64,000 bases of DNA, taken from the IMG/VR virus record IMGVR_UViG_3300010965_000004, positions 44,708-108,707 of that record; one strand, written 5' to 3'. Shown here piece after piece: positions 36,886 through 45,107 of this stretch; the first letter of the stretch is position 1, and the number at the start of each line of letters is the position of its first letter. Source of the stretch: a virus. Its lineage: Duplodnaviria; Heunggongvirae; Uroviricota; Caudoviricetes. The translations under genes and the position numbers were made by a program. The notes under the pieces were generated by a model. It searched no databases. It was not told the origin of the DNA and saw nothing but the letters and a program-made list of their open reading frames with translations.

Positions 36886-37257
36886 ATGTTAGACATGCGT
36901 AGTCAATCAGTAAATGTGAATCGTCTTGCCCTTCTTGTAGCCTTGAAGGAAAATCGTCAGCAACACCAGAAGATTTACCTTGCTGCAATTGCCGATTTCA
37001 AAAATGAAAAGCTTCAAGCATTGCGCGTGGCAATGGCTGAAGTGGAAAAAGATGAACACCCAGAGAAGTCTAATCTTACCGTTAGCGTACCCAAGCCAGT
37101 AAGTTATCTGAAAGATTATGACCAGGTAATTGATATGATGGAAATGAGTGTTGATGAAAATATCAACCTTGACTCCGCTTCATTCCAAGCATACGTCAAA
37201 GATAACTGGTCTTGGAAAGGTAGTTTCGTTACAATGAATGCCAAATACATTAGCTAG
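36886..37257 (+). CDS. hypothetical protein
   Basis: 123-aa ORF. Confidence 0.4.
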   Translation: MLDMRSQSVNVNRLALLVALKENRQQHQKIYLAAIADFKNEKLQALRVAMAEVEKDEHPEKSNLTVSVPKPVSYLKDYDQVIDMMEMSVDENINLDSASFQAYVKDNWSWKGSFVTMNAKYIS

Positions 37258-37298
37258 TAACTATGTACGGATGCTCTTTAACAAAATGAACGTAGTAT

Positions 37299-37374
37299 GC
37301 ACCTATCGTCTAATGGTTAGGACAAGAGGTTTTCAACCTTTAAATCGTGAGTTCGATTCTCCGTAGGTGTACCA
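37299..37374 (+). tRNA. tRNA-Glu(UUC)
   Basis: acceptor GCACCTA/TAGGTGT, anticodon loop TTTTCAA, CCA encoded; T-stem only 3 bp. Confidence 0.55.
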
Positions 37375-37392
37375 ACAAAAAAACAAATACTT

Positions 37393-37469
37393 CTCCCGTT
37401 CGCCTAGTTGGTATGGTACCTGGTTTGGGGCCAGGAATAAGGTTGGTTCGAGACCAACACGGGAGACCA
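37393..37469 (+). tRNA. tRNA-Pro(UGG)
   Basis: CTCCCGT/ACGGGAG acceptor, CCTGG-TTTGGGG-CCAGG anticodon arm, GTTGGTTCGAGACCAAC T-arm, CCA. Confidence 0.65.
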
Positions 37470-37486
37470 ATATTTTAAGGAAATGT

Positions 37487-37717
37487 ATGCTTTTTAACGA
37501 AGAAAGTATATTCGACATTATGACAGATATTGAAATTAAGGTAGACGAATACCTAACTTGGTACAGAACCAAGGTTCCAAAAAGCATTCGTTTCCTAGTG
37601 TTTTATTTAACCACCCCACTTTGGGTTCCTGTGGTACTTATATTAGGAGCTATTACCCTGCTGTTGGGAGGCTTAATCCTTGGTGGCATAGAACTTTGGA
37701 AAGACTTTGATAAATGA
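37487..37717 (+). CDS. small membrane protein
   Basis: 76 aa from ATG 37487; C-terminal TM helix; the longer track ORF 37367.. overlaps tRNAs and is rejected. Confidence 0.4.
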   Translation: MLFNEESIFDIMTDIEIKVDEYLTWYRTKVPKSIRFLVFYLTTPLWVPVVLILGAITLLLGGLILGGIELWKDFDK

Positions 37718-37914
37718 CAACAGAACTAGAAAAGATCTCTTTTACCTTAACGAAGCAAGAGATCAAAGATTTAAACAAATACAGAAAACAGTTCCCAGAC
37801 GAAGACCTTTTTAGTTTCAAACTAACTCCGACAGGTGTTGGAATTACTGTAGAAGTTAAACCAAAAGAGTTAGATGAGCCTTGGGAAAACATCTCGGATT
37901 TTGCATCGTGGTAA
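37714..37914 (+). CDS. hypothetical protein
   Basis: 66 aa, ATGA-coupled. Confidence 0.35.
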   Translation: MTTELEKISFTLTKQEIKDLNKYRKQFPDEDLFSFKLTPTGVGITVEVKPKELDEPWENISDFASW

Positions 37915-37917
37915 TTT

Positions 37918-37991
37918 AGGGGAGTCGCCAAGTGGTAAGGCACTGGACTTTGACTTCAGCACCGGTGGTTCGAATCCATCCTCCTCTGCCA
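37918..37991 (+). tRNA. tRNA-Gln(UUG)
   Basis: D-arm TCGCCAAGTGGTAAGGCAC as in E. coli tRNA-Gln; anticodon loop CTTTGAC; GGTGGTTCGAATCCATC; CCA. Confidence 0.65.
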
Positions 37992-38001
37992 AAAGGAAAA
38001 T

Positions 38002-38202
38002 ATGAGTAAAATACTTATACACCCGGAGTTAATAAAATTAGCTCGAATTCTCTATGTAGCTGATATTGATTATGAAGATAATAAAGGGAGTTCAAGCTGG
38101 TTGGAATTTGCGGATAGAGCAAGAGAAGCTCAAGCTGCCTTCAGAGCCAAACGCCAAGAATTAGAAGATGCTGGAGTTGAAATCTGGGGTGATTGTCTTT
38201 AA
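38002..38202 (+). CDS. hypothetical protein
   Basis: 66-aa ORF. Confidence 0.35.
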   Translation: MSKILIHPELIKLARILYVADIDYEDNKGSSSWLEFADRAREAQAAFRAKRQELEDAGVEIWGDCL

Positions 38203-38280
38203 ACAAAGGAGAACTAACCATGTTTTTAATGAAAGAAGCAACTGCTCTGCATTAGATTTTCTAATGAAAGGAGTAGTAAA

Positions 38281-38616
38281 ATGTCAAGAACCAAACGCAG
38301 AACAAATATTCGACCTCCTCAATGGATCACCCACGATTACGACTTCGTATGGAGAGACCTAGGGGATGGGTATCAATGGAGGGAGTGGTCTCATATCCCT
38401 CTCGAAGGCAAAGAGTTAGCCAAGTCATTATCCAAGTTTCATGGAGATCATGGCTACGCCTTATATGCTTGTGGTAGTGGTCCAGGGAAACTTTTCCTGA
38501 GACAAGAGCAAAAGAAGTACAGGGCTCAGGCTAAACAAGAGTTATTTAACTTTATCAAAAACCCTGACTACGAAGTAATGATCTTAGACAATCCTAAGTT
38601 GCCTTATTGGGATTAA
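38281..38616 (+). CDS. hypothetical protein
   Basis: 111-aa ORF, RBS GGAG. Confidence 0.4.
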   Translation: MSRTKRRTNIRPPQWITHDYDFVWRDLGDGYQWREWSHIPLEGKELAKSLSKFHGDHGYALYACGSGPGKLFLRQEQKKYRAQAKQELFNFIKNPDYEVMILDNPKLPYWD

Positions 38617-38621
38617 ACGTT

Positions 38622-38706
38622 GCGAGTGTGGCGAAATTGGTAGACGCACTGGATTTAGGTTCCAGCGCTGTAAGGCGTGAGGGTTCGAGTCCCTCTTCTC
38701 GCACCA
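38622..38706 (+). tRNA. tRNA-Leu(UAG)
   Basis: type II; GCGAGTG-T-G-GCG-AAATTGGTAGAC; anticodon loop TTTAGGT; long variable arm; GAGGGTTCGAGTCCCTC; CCA. Confidence 0.7.
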
Positions 38707-38714
38707 GAAATAAT

Positions 38715-38793
38715 GCCCCCATAGCTCAGTCTGGACTAGAGCAATTGCCTACGAAGCAAAAGGTCGGGAGTTCGAATCTCTCTGAGGGTACCA
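38715..38793 (+). tRNA. tRNA-Arg(ACG)
   Basis: TAGCTCAGTCTGGACTAGAGC D-arm; anticodon loop CTACGAA; GGGAGTTCGAATCTCTC; CCA. Confidence 0.7.
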
Positions 38794-38933
38794 AACTAAA
38801 ACCTAGGTCACACTAGGTTGGATGTTGTTATTACACCGTGGCATCAATAGTAACTTAGTGATTAACCTCTAATGTGAACAGAGAAATTGCAAACGGTTCC
38901 GTCTCTTTAACTTCCTTAAATAAGAGTAATACA

Positions 38934-39356
38934 ATGTGTTGTTCAAATGAACCCAGTCGTGTTCGTGAAATTCTCAAGAAATTCAGTCCTGATGATTTTC
39001 TCATTGGGTACAAAATTTATTGTTTCAGCAAGCTGGGAAAGCATAAGATCCACAGTCCATACTATCAGCATGAACTCAGTCTCGGGGATCTGGTTTCTGG
39101 TGTTGTAAAATCAGATGCTTGGAATGCAAAGCCCTGTCTTAATTATAACAGTATTTATAATGGCATTCACTTCTATAAAGAAGAGAGGAATGCTAAATAT
39201 TACTGTCAAGGAGAAACAGAAATTAGGTATATCAAAATCTATGCCCAAGTCAAAGACTTGATTGGGGTAGGGGATATTGACGCAGTCTTCTCCAAGATCT
39301 ACCTAGATAGGGACTCCGTACTGGAAGCCCTCAAGTCCAGAGGTATGTACAAGTAA
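38934..39356 (+). CDS. hypothetical protein, 'MCC' family paralog A
   Basis: 140 aa from ATG 38934 (MCCSNEPSRVREILKKFSPDDFLIGYKIY...); ~45% identical to 39481..39909. Confidence 0.45.
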   Translation: MCCSNEPSRVREILKKFSPDDFLIGYKIYCFSKLGKHKIHSPYYQHELSLGDLVSGVVKSDAWNAKPCLNYNSIYNGIHFYKEERNAKYYCQGETEIRYIKIYAQVKDLIGVGDIDAVFSKIYLDRDSVLEALKSRGMYK

Positions 39357-39363
39357 GAAAAGT

Positions 39364-39439
39364 GGGGGTGTAGCTCAGTTGGGAGAGCGGAAGCTTTGCA
39401 AGCTTTAGGTCGCGGGTTCGATCCCTGTCACCTCCACCA
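39364..39439 (+). tRNA. tRNA-Ala(UGC)
   Basis: GGGGGTG acceptor with G3:U70; anticodon loop TTTGCAA; CGCGGGTTCGATCCCTG; CCA. Confidence 0.75.
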
Positions 39440-39480
39440 AAAAAAACCAATTTTAATCCTAAGTCTAAAAGGAAAATAAC

Positions 39481-39909
39481 ATGTGTTGTATAAGTAATAG
39501 TACGTCAGTCAAAGAAATATTAAGCAAATTCCAACCTAATGATTTCCTTATTGGATACAAGGTTTATGATTTTTATAATGGGAAGTCTGATTCTGTTGGA
39601 CCAAGAATACTAACCCCACACAGGTCAGCAAGGCTATCTTTAGCAGAGATAGCTTCAGGGATAGTGGTATCTGACTCCTTAAAAAAAAGCGCTTATATCT
39701 CTAATATAGCAATTTATAGGGGAATACATATCTATAAAGAAGAGGGAACTGCTAAAAAAGTAATTGACGGTAGTTACACCAGGAAATATATCAAGGTTTA
39801 TGGTCAAGTAAAAGATTTACTTGGTGTAGGATATAACGACGCAGTTTTCCACAAGATCTACTTGGATAGGGATTGGCTGGTAGAAGCCTTACAGTCCAAG
39901 AAAATGTGA
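39481..39909 (+). CDS. hypothetical protein, 'MCC' family paralog B
   Basis: 142 aa (MCCISNSTSVKEILSKFQPNDFLIGYKVY...); paralog of 38934..39356. Confidence 0.45.
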   Translation: MCCISNSTSVKEILSKFQPNDFLIGYKVYDFYNGKSDSVGPRILTPHRSARLSLAEIASGIVVSDSLKKSAYISNIAIYRGIHIYKEEGTAKKVIDGSYTRKYIKVYGQVKDLLGVGYNDAVFHKIYLDRDWLVEALQSKKM

Positions 39910-39911
39910 TT

Positions 39912-39987
39912 AGTTCCTTAGCTCAGTTGGTAGAGCGCCTCCCTTACAAGGAGGATGTCGGCGGTTCGAGACCGTCAGGAACTACCA
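39912..39987 (+). tRNA. tRNA-Val(UAC)
   Basis: AGTTCCT/AGGAACT acceptor; anticodon loop CTTACAA; GGCGGTTCGAGACCGTC; CCA. Confidence 0.7.
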
Positions 39988-40056
39988 AACCATATCCTGC
40001 ATCTCCGGGGGATTGAGGTGTAGAGCCTATGGCGTAGCTCGATAGGCACCTACAAC

Positions 40057-40131
40057 GTAGCATTAGTTCAGTGGTAGAACATGGGGTTGTGGTCCCCAGT
40101 GTCACTGGTTCAATTCCAGTATGCTACCCCA
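40057..40131 (+). tRNA. tRNA-His(GUG)
   Basis: GTAGCAT/ATGCTAC acceptor; anticodon loop TTGTGGT; ACTGGTTCAATTCCAGT; C73 + CCA; base at -1 is C, not the usual encoded G-1. Confidence 0.65.
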
Positions 40132-40209
40132 GTTTCCACGAGGAGTTTGGTATCGTCCCACATTTAAACTTGAATGGCTTACTTGTCGTGATACCCGTGG
40201 AAAAAGAAC

Positions 40210-40284
40210 AGAGGAGTAGTGTAGTTGGAAACATATCAGTCTCCAAAACTGAAGTCCGGGGCTCGAATCCCTGCTCCTCTGCCA
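40210..40284 (+). tRNA. tRNA-Trp(CCA)
   Basis: AGAGGAG/CTCCTCT acceptor; anticodon loop CTCCAAA; CGGGGCTCGAATCCCTG; CCA. Confidence 0.65.
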
Positions 40285-40302
40285 ACCAATAAACGAGGTT
40301 TT

Positions 40303-40644
40303 ATGATTTATATCGCAGCCCCATATTCTCATCCTGATGAAGAAGTGATAGAACACCGGATGAAAGTAGTACAGAGAGCTATAGCAAAATACATGAGCCT
40401 TGGAGTTCACGCTCTTAGCCCTTTGCTTGCTCACCACGTTTTGAACGAGGGTATAGAGCTTCCCACTAACTATGAATTCTGGCAGGATTATTGTAAAGAC
40501 ATTCTGGTTAGGTGTGATTCAATGAAAATTATTACCTTACCTGGTTGGAAAGAATCAATTGGGATAGCAGATGAAATCAAATGCTGTCAACGAAATCATA
40601 TGCCCTTTTCTAATGTAACAGAAGAATGGGTAATGGAAGTTTAG
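40303..40644 (+). CDS. hypothetical protein (nucleoside 2-deoxyribosyltransferase-like fold suggested)
   Basis: 113 aa from ATG 40303; MIYIAAPYSHPDEEV resembles the N-terminal motif of that family; weak call. Confidence 0.35.
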   Translation: MIYIAAPYSHPDEEVIEHRMKVVQRAIAKYMSLGVHALSPLLAHHVLNEGIELPTNYEFWQDYCKDILVRCDSMKIITLPGWKESIGIADEIKCCQRNHMPFSNVTEEWVMEV

Positions 40645-40710
40645 CTCAGTTGGTAGAGCAAAGTGTTGATAACGCTTAGGTCGATGGTTCGATCCCATCA
40701 ACTTCCACCA
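40635..40710 (+). tRNA. tRNA-Ile(GAU)
   Basis: GGAAGTT/AACTTCC acceptor; anticodon loop TTGATAA; GATGGTTCGATCCCATC; CCA; overlaps stop of upstream ORF. Confidence 0.7.
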
Positions 40711-40717
40711 AATACCT

Positions 40718-40793
40718 GGACCTGTAGCTCAGTAGGTAGAGCACTGGATTGAAGATCCAGGTCGCGTTGGTTCGATTCCAACTGGGTCCACCA
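40718..40793 (+). tRNA. tRNA-Phe(GAA)
   Basis: GGACCTG acceptor; anticodon loop TTGAAGA; GTTGGTTCGATTCCAAC; CCA. Confidence 0.7.
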
Positions 40794-40804
40794 AGGAATT
40801 TTTA

Positions 40805-40954
40805 TGCAAACAACTTGCTCTAAGTGTTCAAAGCCAATCGAGAAAGATCGACTAGAAAAGGGAACTATTCTCTGTCTTAGTTGTGAAACGGATTGGTGGC
40901 ATCATGCTTTAGAAATATTAGGACCAATGCTAGAAGCTTGGTTGAAGAAATAAG
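40805..40954 (+). CDS. small zinc-ribbon protein
   Basis: 49 aa; CSKCSK...CLSCE two CxxC pairs. Confidence 0.3.
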
Positions 40955-41041
40955 GGAGTGCGGCTACGATGGTGGAGTAGCAGCGGATTGTAAATCCGTT
41001 ACACAGAAACTCAGAAGGTTCGAATCCTTCCACTCCCACCA
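40954..41041 (+). tRNA. tRNA-Tyr(GUA)
   Basis: type II; GGGAGTG/CACTCCC acceptor; anticodon loop TTGTAAA; long variable arm; GAAGGTTCGAATCCTTC; CCA. Confidence 0.7.
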
Positions 41042-41063
41042 ATAACTACTTTTCGAGGTTTTT

Positions 41064-41504
41064 ATGTACGAACGTGGCGAAATGCTTAGTAATATGATCC
41101 TGTTTGCAACTAATAAACATTCAGGACAATTTGACAAATCCGGCCAGCCCTACATCCTTCATCCTCTTCGTCTTATGTACATGTTAAAGACTGAAGACGA
41201 AGAACTACAATGTATTGCTCTTGGTCATGACCTTGTAGAAGACTGTGACGTTACCTATGTAGACTTGGCTAAACAAGGTTTCTCTCATAGAATTATTCAA
41301 GGAATCAGAGACTTAACTAAAGTTCCTGGAGAAACCAGAGGGGAGTACCGGGCCAAAGTCAAGTCCAATCCTGATGCCATTAAGGTCAAGATGTGTGACC
41401 TACGTCATAACTCTGACATAACACGGTTGAAGGGCTTGACTCCAGCCGATATTGAACGTACTATCTATTATCATGAATTCTATACGGAACTTAAAAACCT
41501 ATGA
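41064..41504 (+). CDS. HD-domain small alarmone hydrolase (RelA/SpoT hydrolase-domain homolog)
   Basis: 146 aa; KHSGQFDKSGQPYILHPLRL...ALGHDLVEDC matches the (p)ppGpp hydrolase HD motif. Confidence 0.6.
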   Translation: MYERGEMLSNMILFATNKHSGQFDKSGQPYILHPLRLMYMLKTEDEELQCIALGHDLVEDCDVTYVDLAKQGFSHRIIQGIRDLTKVPGETRGEYRAKVKSNPDAIKVKMCDLRHNSDITRLKGLTPADIERTIYYHEFYTELKNL

Positions 41505-41675
41505 AACAATATAAGTTAACTATACTCATAACAGAAGGTAGTGATGAGTTCTGGGAAAGTCTCAAAACAACTGAAACAACCGGTTGTGACGAAATACTAG
41601 AAGAAGTAAGGTCTGCCTTGGATGAAGCCGGGATAAATTCTAAAGTGGCTCTAACTTCTTTTACAGACGATTAAA
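41502..41675 (+). CDS. hypothetical small acidic protein
   Basis: 57 aa, ATGA-coupled. Confidence 0.3.
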
Positions 41676-41677
41676 AT

Positions 41678-41753
41678 GCTGCTTTAGCTCAGTTGGTAGA
41701 GCTCCTGCCTTGTAAGCAGGAGGTCATCCGTTCGATTCGGATAGGCAGCACCA
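41678..41753 (+). tRNA. tRNA-Thr(UGU)
   Basis: GCTGCTT acceptor; anticodon loop CTTGTAA; ATCCGTTCGATTCGGAT; CCA. Confidence 0.7.
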
Positions 41754-41775
41754 ATAAACAAACTAAGGAAAAATA

Positions 41776-41997
41776 ATGGGAGTTATACCACAGGTAAAGA
41801 TAAATCCAAATACCAAGTTTCTTCTAGAAGTCCAAAGGATTACCAAAGAAGCTGCGATTGAGTTAGAAAATTCTCAGAACAGATTAACTAGTGCTTCTGG
41901 TAGCAATATGCTTATGATGCTAACTATGACGGATACCTTGGTTACATATACTATGTCTCTAGAAGAGCGTATTGAAAAGTTGGAAAGAGAGAGATGA
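41776..41997 (+). CDS. hypothetical protein
   Basis: 73-aa ORF. Confidence 0.35.
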   Translation: MGVIPQVKINPNTKFLLEVQRITKEAAIELENSQNRLTSASGSNMLMMLTMTDTLVTYTMSLEERIEKLERER

Positions 41998-42326
41998 ACA
42001 CTCCTGACGTATGGGTAATTATAAAAGTTACTCCAACTGGGGAAGCTCCCATTTATAGGGTCCTAGCTGGTTGGTATGGTGGATATATGGGTGGTGACGC
42101 TTGGCAAATAAACAGTGGTATTGTTTCTTACACCAAGACTAAAACTTTCTTTGACTTTCATGGGGCAAGTGGAAGCGTGTATCGTTGCTTTCCTCATAGT
42201 GAGAAACTAAGTGGGTTAACCCAGTCAATCCTAACTCGCTTTACAAACCAAATGCAAGAATCTGGCAAGGGAACTATTGAAGTGGTTCCCGTAGCGGAAG
42301 TTTTCAAAGCCTTAAAGAAAAAGTAG
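41994..42326 (+). CDS. hypothetical protein
   Basis: 110 aa, ATGA-coupled. Confidence 0.4.
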   Translation: MNTPDVWVIIKVTPTGEAPIYRVLAGWYGGYMGGDAWQINSGIVSYTKTKTFFDFHGASGSVYRCFPHSEKLSGLTQSILTRFTNQMQESGKGTIEVVPVAEVFKALKKK

Positions 42327-42331
42327 TATTT

Positions 42332-42407
42332 GCGAGTGTAGCTTAATTGGCAAAGCAGCGGACTTTTAATCCGTTGAGTGTGAGTTCAAGTCTCACCACT
42401 CGTACCA
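42332..42407 (+). tRNA. tRNA-Lys(UUU)
   Basis: GCGAGTG acceptor (G1:U72); anticodon loop CTTTTAA; GTGAGTTCAAGTCTCAC; CCA. Confidence 0.7.
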
Positions 42408-42414
42408 AATTAAA

Positions 42415-42439
42415 GGCGGAGTTCTCTTCTCCTTTTTTT
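42415..42439 (+). terminator. rho-independent terminator
   Basis: GGAG-TTCTCTT-CTCC + TTTTTTT. Confidence 0.5.
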
Positions 42440-42449
42440 ACCTAAAACC

Positions 42450-42472
42450 TGGTATAAGTAAATTGTAGAAAC
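42450..42472 (+). promoter_or_regulatory. conserved phage promoter
   Basis: AAAACCTGGTATAAGTAAATTGTAGAAAC; RBS TAGGAGCCAATCATG. Confidence 0.5.
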
Positions 42473-42489
42473 TTACTTAGGAGCCAATC

Positions 42490-42678
42490 ATGTTTGCTGA
42501 AATGTCAAGAAACATTCTGTGGTTCATAGCCGCAGACAAAGCTTTATTCATGTTCGGAATTTTGGTGTTCCTCTGGGTCTTTGGGGCAGCAGTAATGCTT
42601 CTTCAACTTCTGCCAGAAAAGCGGATGTCCATCAAGGAAAAGCTTATTGTTGCTTTGCTTTGGGTCAGCCCGATATGA
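42490..42678 (+). CDS. small membrane protein
   Basis: 62 aa, two hydrophobic segments. Confidence 0.4.
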   Translation: MFAEMSRNILWFIAADKALFMFGILVFLWVFGAAVMLLQLLPEKRMSIKEKLIVALLWVSPI

Positions 42679-42833
42679 ACCTACTAGGCATCATTGTATT
42701 AATAGATTGTTGTTTTCTGTTAATGCTTTGGGTAATAGTAGGGTTCTTGCGGAAAAGCCAAGAAACCGAAGAAAACATCAACAAAGACTTCTCTCCATGC
42801 TGTGCACCAATGTATCATGACTGGGAAGTGTAA
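42675..42833 (+). CDS. small membrane protein
   Basis: 52 aa, ATGA-coupled, one TM helix. Confidence 0.35.
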   Translation: MNLLGIIVLIDCCFLLMLWVIVGFLRKSQETEENINKDFSPCCAPMYHDWEV

Positions 42834-42879
42834 ATACGACTTTGCTGAAGGGGATAACTCCCTTTTCAGCAGGGTTAAT

Positions 42880-42965
42880 TTTACCCAGCTACTTCCAGCG
42901 ACTAAGTCAACGGGGCCTTTCCCCGCTGGATACGCGGAAGTAGCTTGGGTTCCCCCAGAGTTGTG
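42880..42965 (+). ncRNA. candidate structured RNA element (nested helices)
   Basis: AGCTACTTCC/GGAAGTAGCT (10 bp) enclosing CCAGCG/CGCTGG enclosing GGGG-CCTTT-CCCC; GC-rich, no ORF. Confidence 0.3.
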
Positions 42966-43116
42966 ACGATAAGGACCTCCAAAATCCTATTCCGAGTTTT
43001 ATAGTCAGGCCGCAAGCTAGTCTACGTTAATAGCGCAAACTACAGCCTGTGAGGGACAGAAACTGGGGGGGAGAAGCTGTACCTTTGTTTAAATCGTAGT
43101 CTTTTTAGGAGCTATC

Positions 43117-43308
43117 ATGGCAACTGCACTAACAAAGAATCACCTCGTCAAGTCCTGCGGCTTTCCCTTTTCGGTTGACCGTGAAGTCTGGGAAGAAGAT
43201 GGCAAGCACCTGGTGCCTATCCGTGGAGTTAAAACCCATGAGCAAGGTACGAAGTTTCTCGAGAACACCAAACAAACCGGGGTTGTGACGAGTTTGAAAC
43301 TGAACTAA
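43117..43308 (+). CDS. hypothetical protein, GC-rich
   Basis: 63 aa, RBS TAGGAG. Confidence 0.4.
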   Translation: MATALTKNHLVKSCGFPFSVDREVWEEDGKHLVPIRGVKTHEQGTKFLENTKQTGVVTSLKLN

Positions 43309-43325
43309 AAACACGACCACATTTA

Positions 43326-43403
43326 CTGCCAGTAGCTCAGCTGGACAAGAGCAGGGGGCTTCTATCCCCAAGGTCGGGAGTTCGAATCTCTCTTGGCAGG
43401 CCA
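43326..43403 (+). tRNA. tRNA-Arg(UCU)
   Basis: CTGCCAG acceptor; TAGCTCAGCTGGACAAGAGC; anticodon loop CTTCTAT; GGGAGTTCGAATCTCTC; CCA. Confidence 0.65.
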
Positions 43404-43459
43404 GTTATATAACCAAGTTTTCGTGCCCGAAAGGGAACTTTTGAAGAAAGAAGAAGGAA

Positions 43460-43714
43460 ATGGCAAAAGAGAAGAAAGCTGCTCCTGCAGCAGTTAACAC
43501 CAACGCTATCCGCAGGGATAGCAACAGGGCCATGAGGCTGAAGCAGCACCTGGCTCGAGTTGCGCGTAAACAAGGGAACCCACCAAAGGTTGCTCGTGGA
43601 ACCAAACGGGCCAAACGCCGTGAGGCAGCTGCAGTCTCTGGGATTGCTGGAGACAGTTTCCCTGAGCGTTGGAAGAAATTCTGCGACAAGGAAAAGGGTA
43701 TTCAGGTCCAATAA
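43460..43714 (+). CDS. small basic (Lys/Arg-rich) protein, GC-rich
   Basis: 84 aa; possible nucleic-acid-binding protein. Confidence 0.4.
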   Translation: MAKEKKAAPAAVNTNAIRRDSNRAMRLKQHLARVARKQGNPPKVARGTKRAKRREAAAVSGIAGDSFPERWKKFCDKEKGIQVQ

Positions 43715-43756
43715 GGAAAGGCGGCTAATCCCCGTCTTTTTATCTAAGGAAATAAC

Positions 43757-44023
43757 ATGGAACAAAGAATAGTATGTGCTGCTGAACGGCATAAACTAAC
43801 CAAACAACTTATCCTAGGGGTAAGACATAGTGATGAACTTATGCATACCCAAATTGATACTACATTTAATCACAACTGGGAGTCAGGGTTTGTTGATAAC
43901 AGAGGACAGTTCCTAACCAGGACTGAAGCCTGGAAAGTAGCTCACGAAGCTGACCAGATTATCAGACGTTGTGGTGGCGATGACACTAACGGCGGAACTC
44001 TTTATAGTGAGAATTTATATTAA
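43757..44023 (+). CDS. hypothetical protein
   Basis: 88-aa ORF. Confidence 0.35.
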   Translation: MEQRIVCAAERHKLTKQLILGVRHSDELMHTQIDTTFNHNWESGFVDNRGQFLTRTEAWKVAHEADQIIRRCGGDDTNGGTLYSENLY

Positions 44024-44298
44024 TGGCTTTTGAACATATCAAAACTAAATATTCTGTTTGTCGTAAACCTCACAGATGTATCTGGTGCGGAGCTCAAACA
44101 GAAGCTGGAGAAGAAGCTGTATACCGAGCTTACAAGATAAATGGAGACTTTGTTGATGACTACATGCATCCAGAATGTTATGATGCTATGAATGACAGTA
44201 CTCAAGACATGGATAATGACGAGTTTCTGCCTTATGAAGCATTACGGGGTAAAACAATAGCCGAGACGGAAGAAATACAACTAAAACAGAGGAGCTAA
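44023..44298 (+). CDS. hypothetical Cys-containing protein
   Basis: 91 aa; CRKPHRCIWCG...HPEC. Confidence 0.35.
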   Translation: MAFEHIKTKYSVCRKPHRCIWCGAQTEAGEEAVYRAYKINGDFVDDYMHPECYDAMNDSTQDMDNDEFLPYEALRGKTIAETEEIQLKQRS

Positions 44299-44757
44299 AT
44301 GATATATTGCCCAGGATGTAAATTAGAAAAAGAAAGAATAGAATTTCATAATAATAAAAGTCGTCCTAATGGGTTATCTTGTTATTGTAAACTCTGTACC
44401 AGCATAAATAATAGACAGAGAAGAGGTTTACCGGAATCTTCTATTAGACAACGAAGTGCTTTTATTAAATGGAAATATGGTATTTCACAAGAAGAATACT
44501 TAAAATTATTAAAAGCCCAAGATTTCAAATGTGCTATTTGTAAAACTCCACATGAAGAGGTTAGGAGACCAGGTAATCTAAAGCATGATGGGGTTTCATA
44601 TGGTCTTTGTATAGATCATAATCACATAACCAATAAAGTTAGAGGGCTTCTTTGCAATCAATGTAATAGAGCCCTCAGGTTGTTTAAAGATAATTTAGAA
44701 TTTCTTCAAAATGCTATAGAATACCTAAATACTACAGGAGAAAGAGATGCATCATAA
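44299..44757 (+). CDS. HNH endonuclease, T4 endonuclease VII-like
   Basis: 152 aa; CIDHNHITNKVRGLLCNQCNRALRLF matches the endo VII DHDH..GxVRGLLCxxCN motif. Confidence 0.6.
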   Translation: MIYCPGCKLEKERIEFHNNKSRPNGLSCYCKLCTSINNRQRRGLPESSIRQRSAFIKWKYGISQEEYLKLLKAQDFKCAICKTPHEEVRRPGNLKHDGVSYGLCIDHNHITNKVRGLLCNQCNRALRLFKDNLEFLQNAIEYLNTTGERDAS

Positions 44758-44816
44758 ACGGGGAAGATCCAGAAATCAACGAGCAGGGTGCAAGCTTTGT
44801 AAGCCAAATAAGATCA

Positions 44817-45107
44817 ATGGTTGGAATAAGAGAACTAAGCCTGGACATACCGGGTTTAGTAACCAAAAACAATGGGTTCTTAGTGAAGGAGATATTAAAC
44901 ATGACTGGTGAACGAATTTTTGTATTTGGCAGTAATCTCTCTGGAATACATGGTGCAGGAGCTGCTCTTTTTGCTCTTAGAAATTATGGAGCCGTCTATG
45001 GAATTGGAGCTGGGCCTACGGGAAATGCGTATGCTATTCCTACGATGGTTAAATGTAGTGTACTTCAGAAGTTTATTGGAACTTTCTTATTTATATTATC
45101 TTATTAA
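44817..45107 (+). CDS. hypothetical protein (Gly-rich nucleotide-binding-like segment); possibly the 5' part of a frameshifted gene
   Basis: likely start ATG ~44898 (MTGERIFVFGSNLSGIHGAGAALFA...); C-terminal 15 aa look non-native. Confidence 0.3.
   Translation: MVGIRELSLDIPGLVTKNNGFLVKEILNMTGERIFVFGSNLSGIHGAGAALFALRNYGAVYGIGAGPTGNAYAIPTMVKCSVLQKFIGTFLFILSY

Noticed and set aside
37367-37717. ORF-track entries overlapping tRNA genes (also 38607..38816, 40071..40292, 40102..40437, 43337..43792, 46202..46509, 46624..46843, 47505..47690)
   Set aside because: They run through well-formed tRNA genes on the same or opposite strand; treated as spurious or trimmed to the downstream ATG
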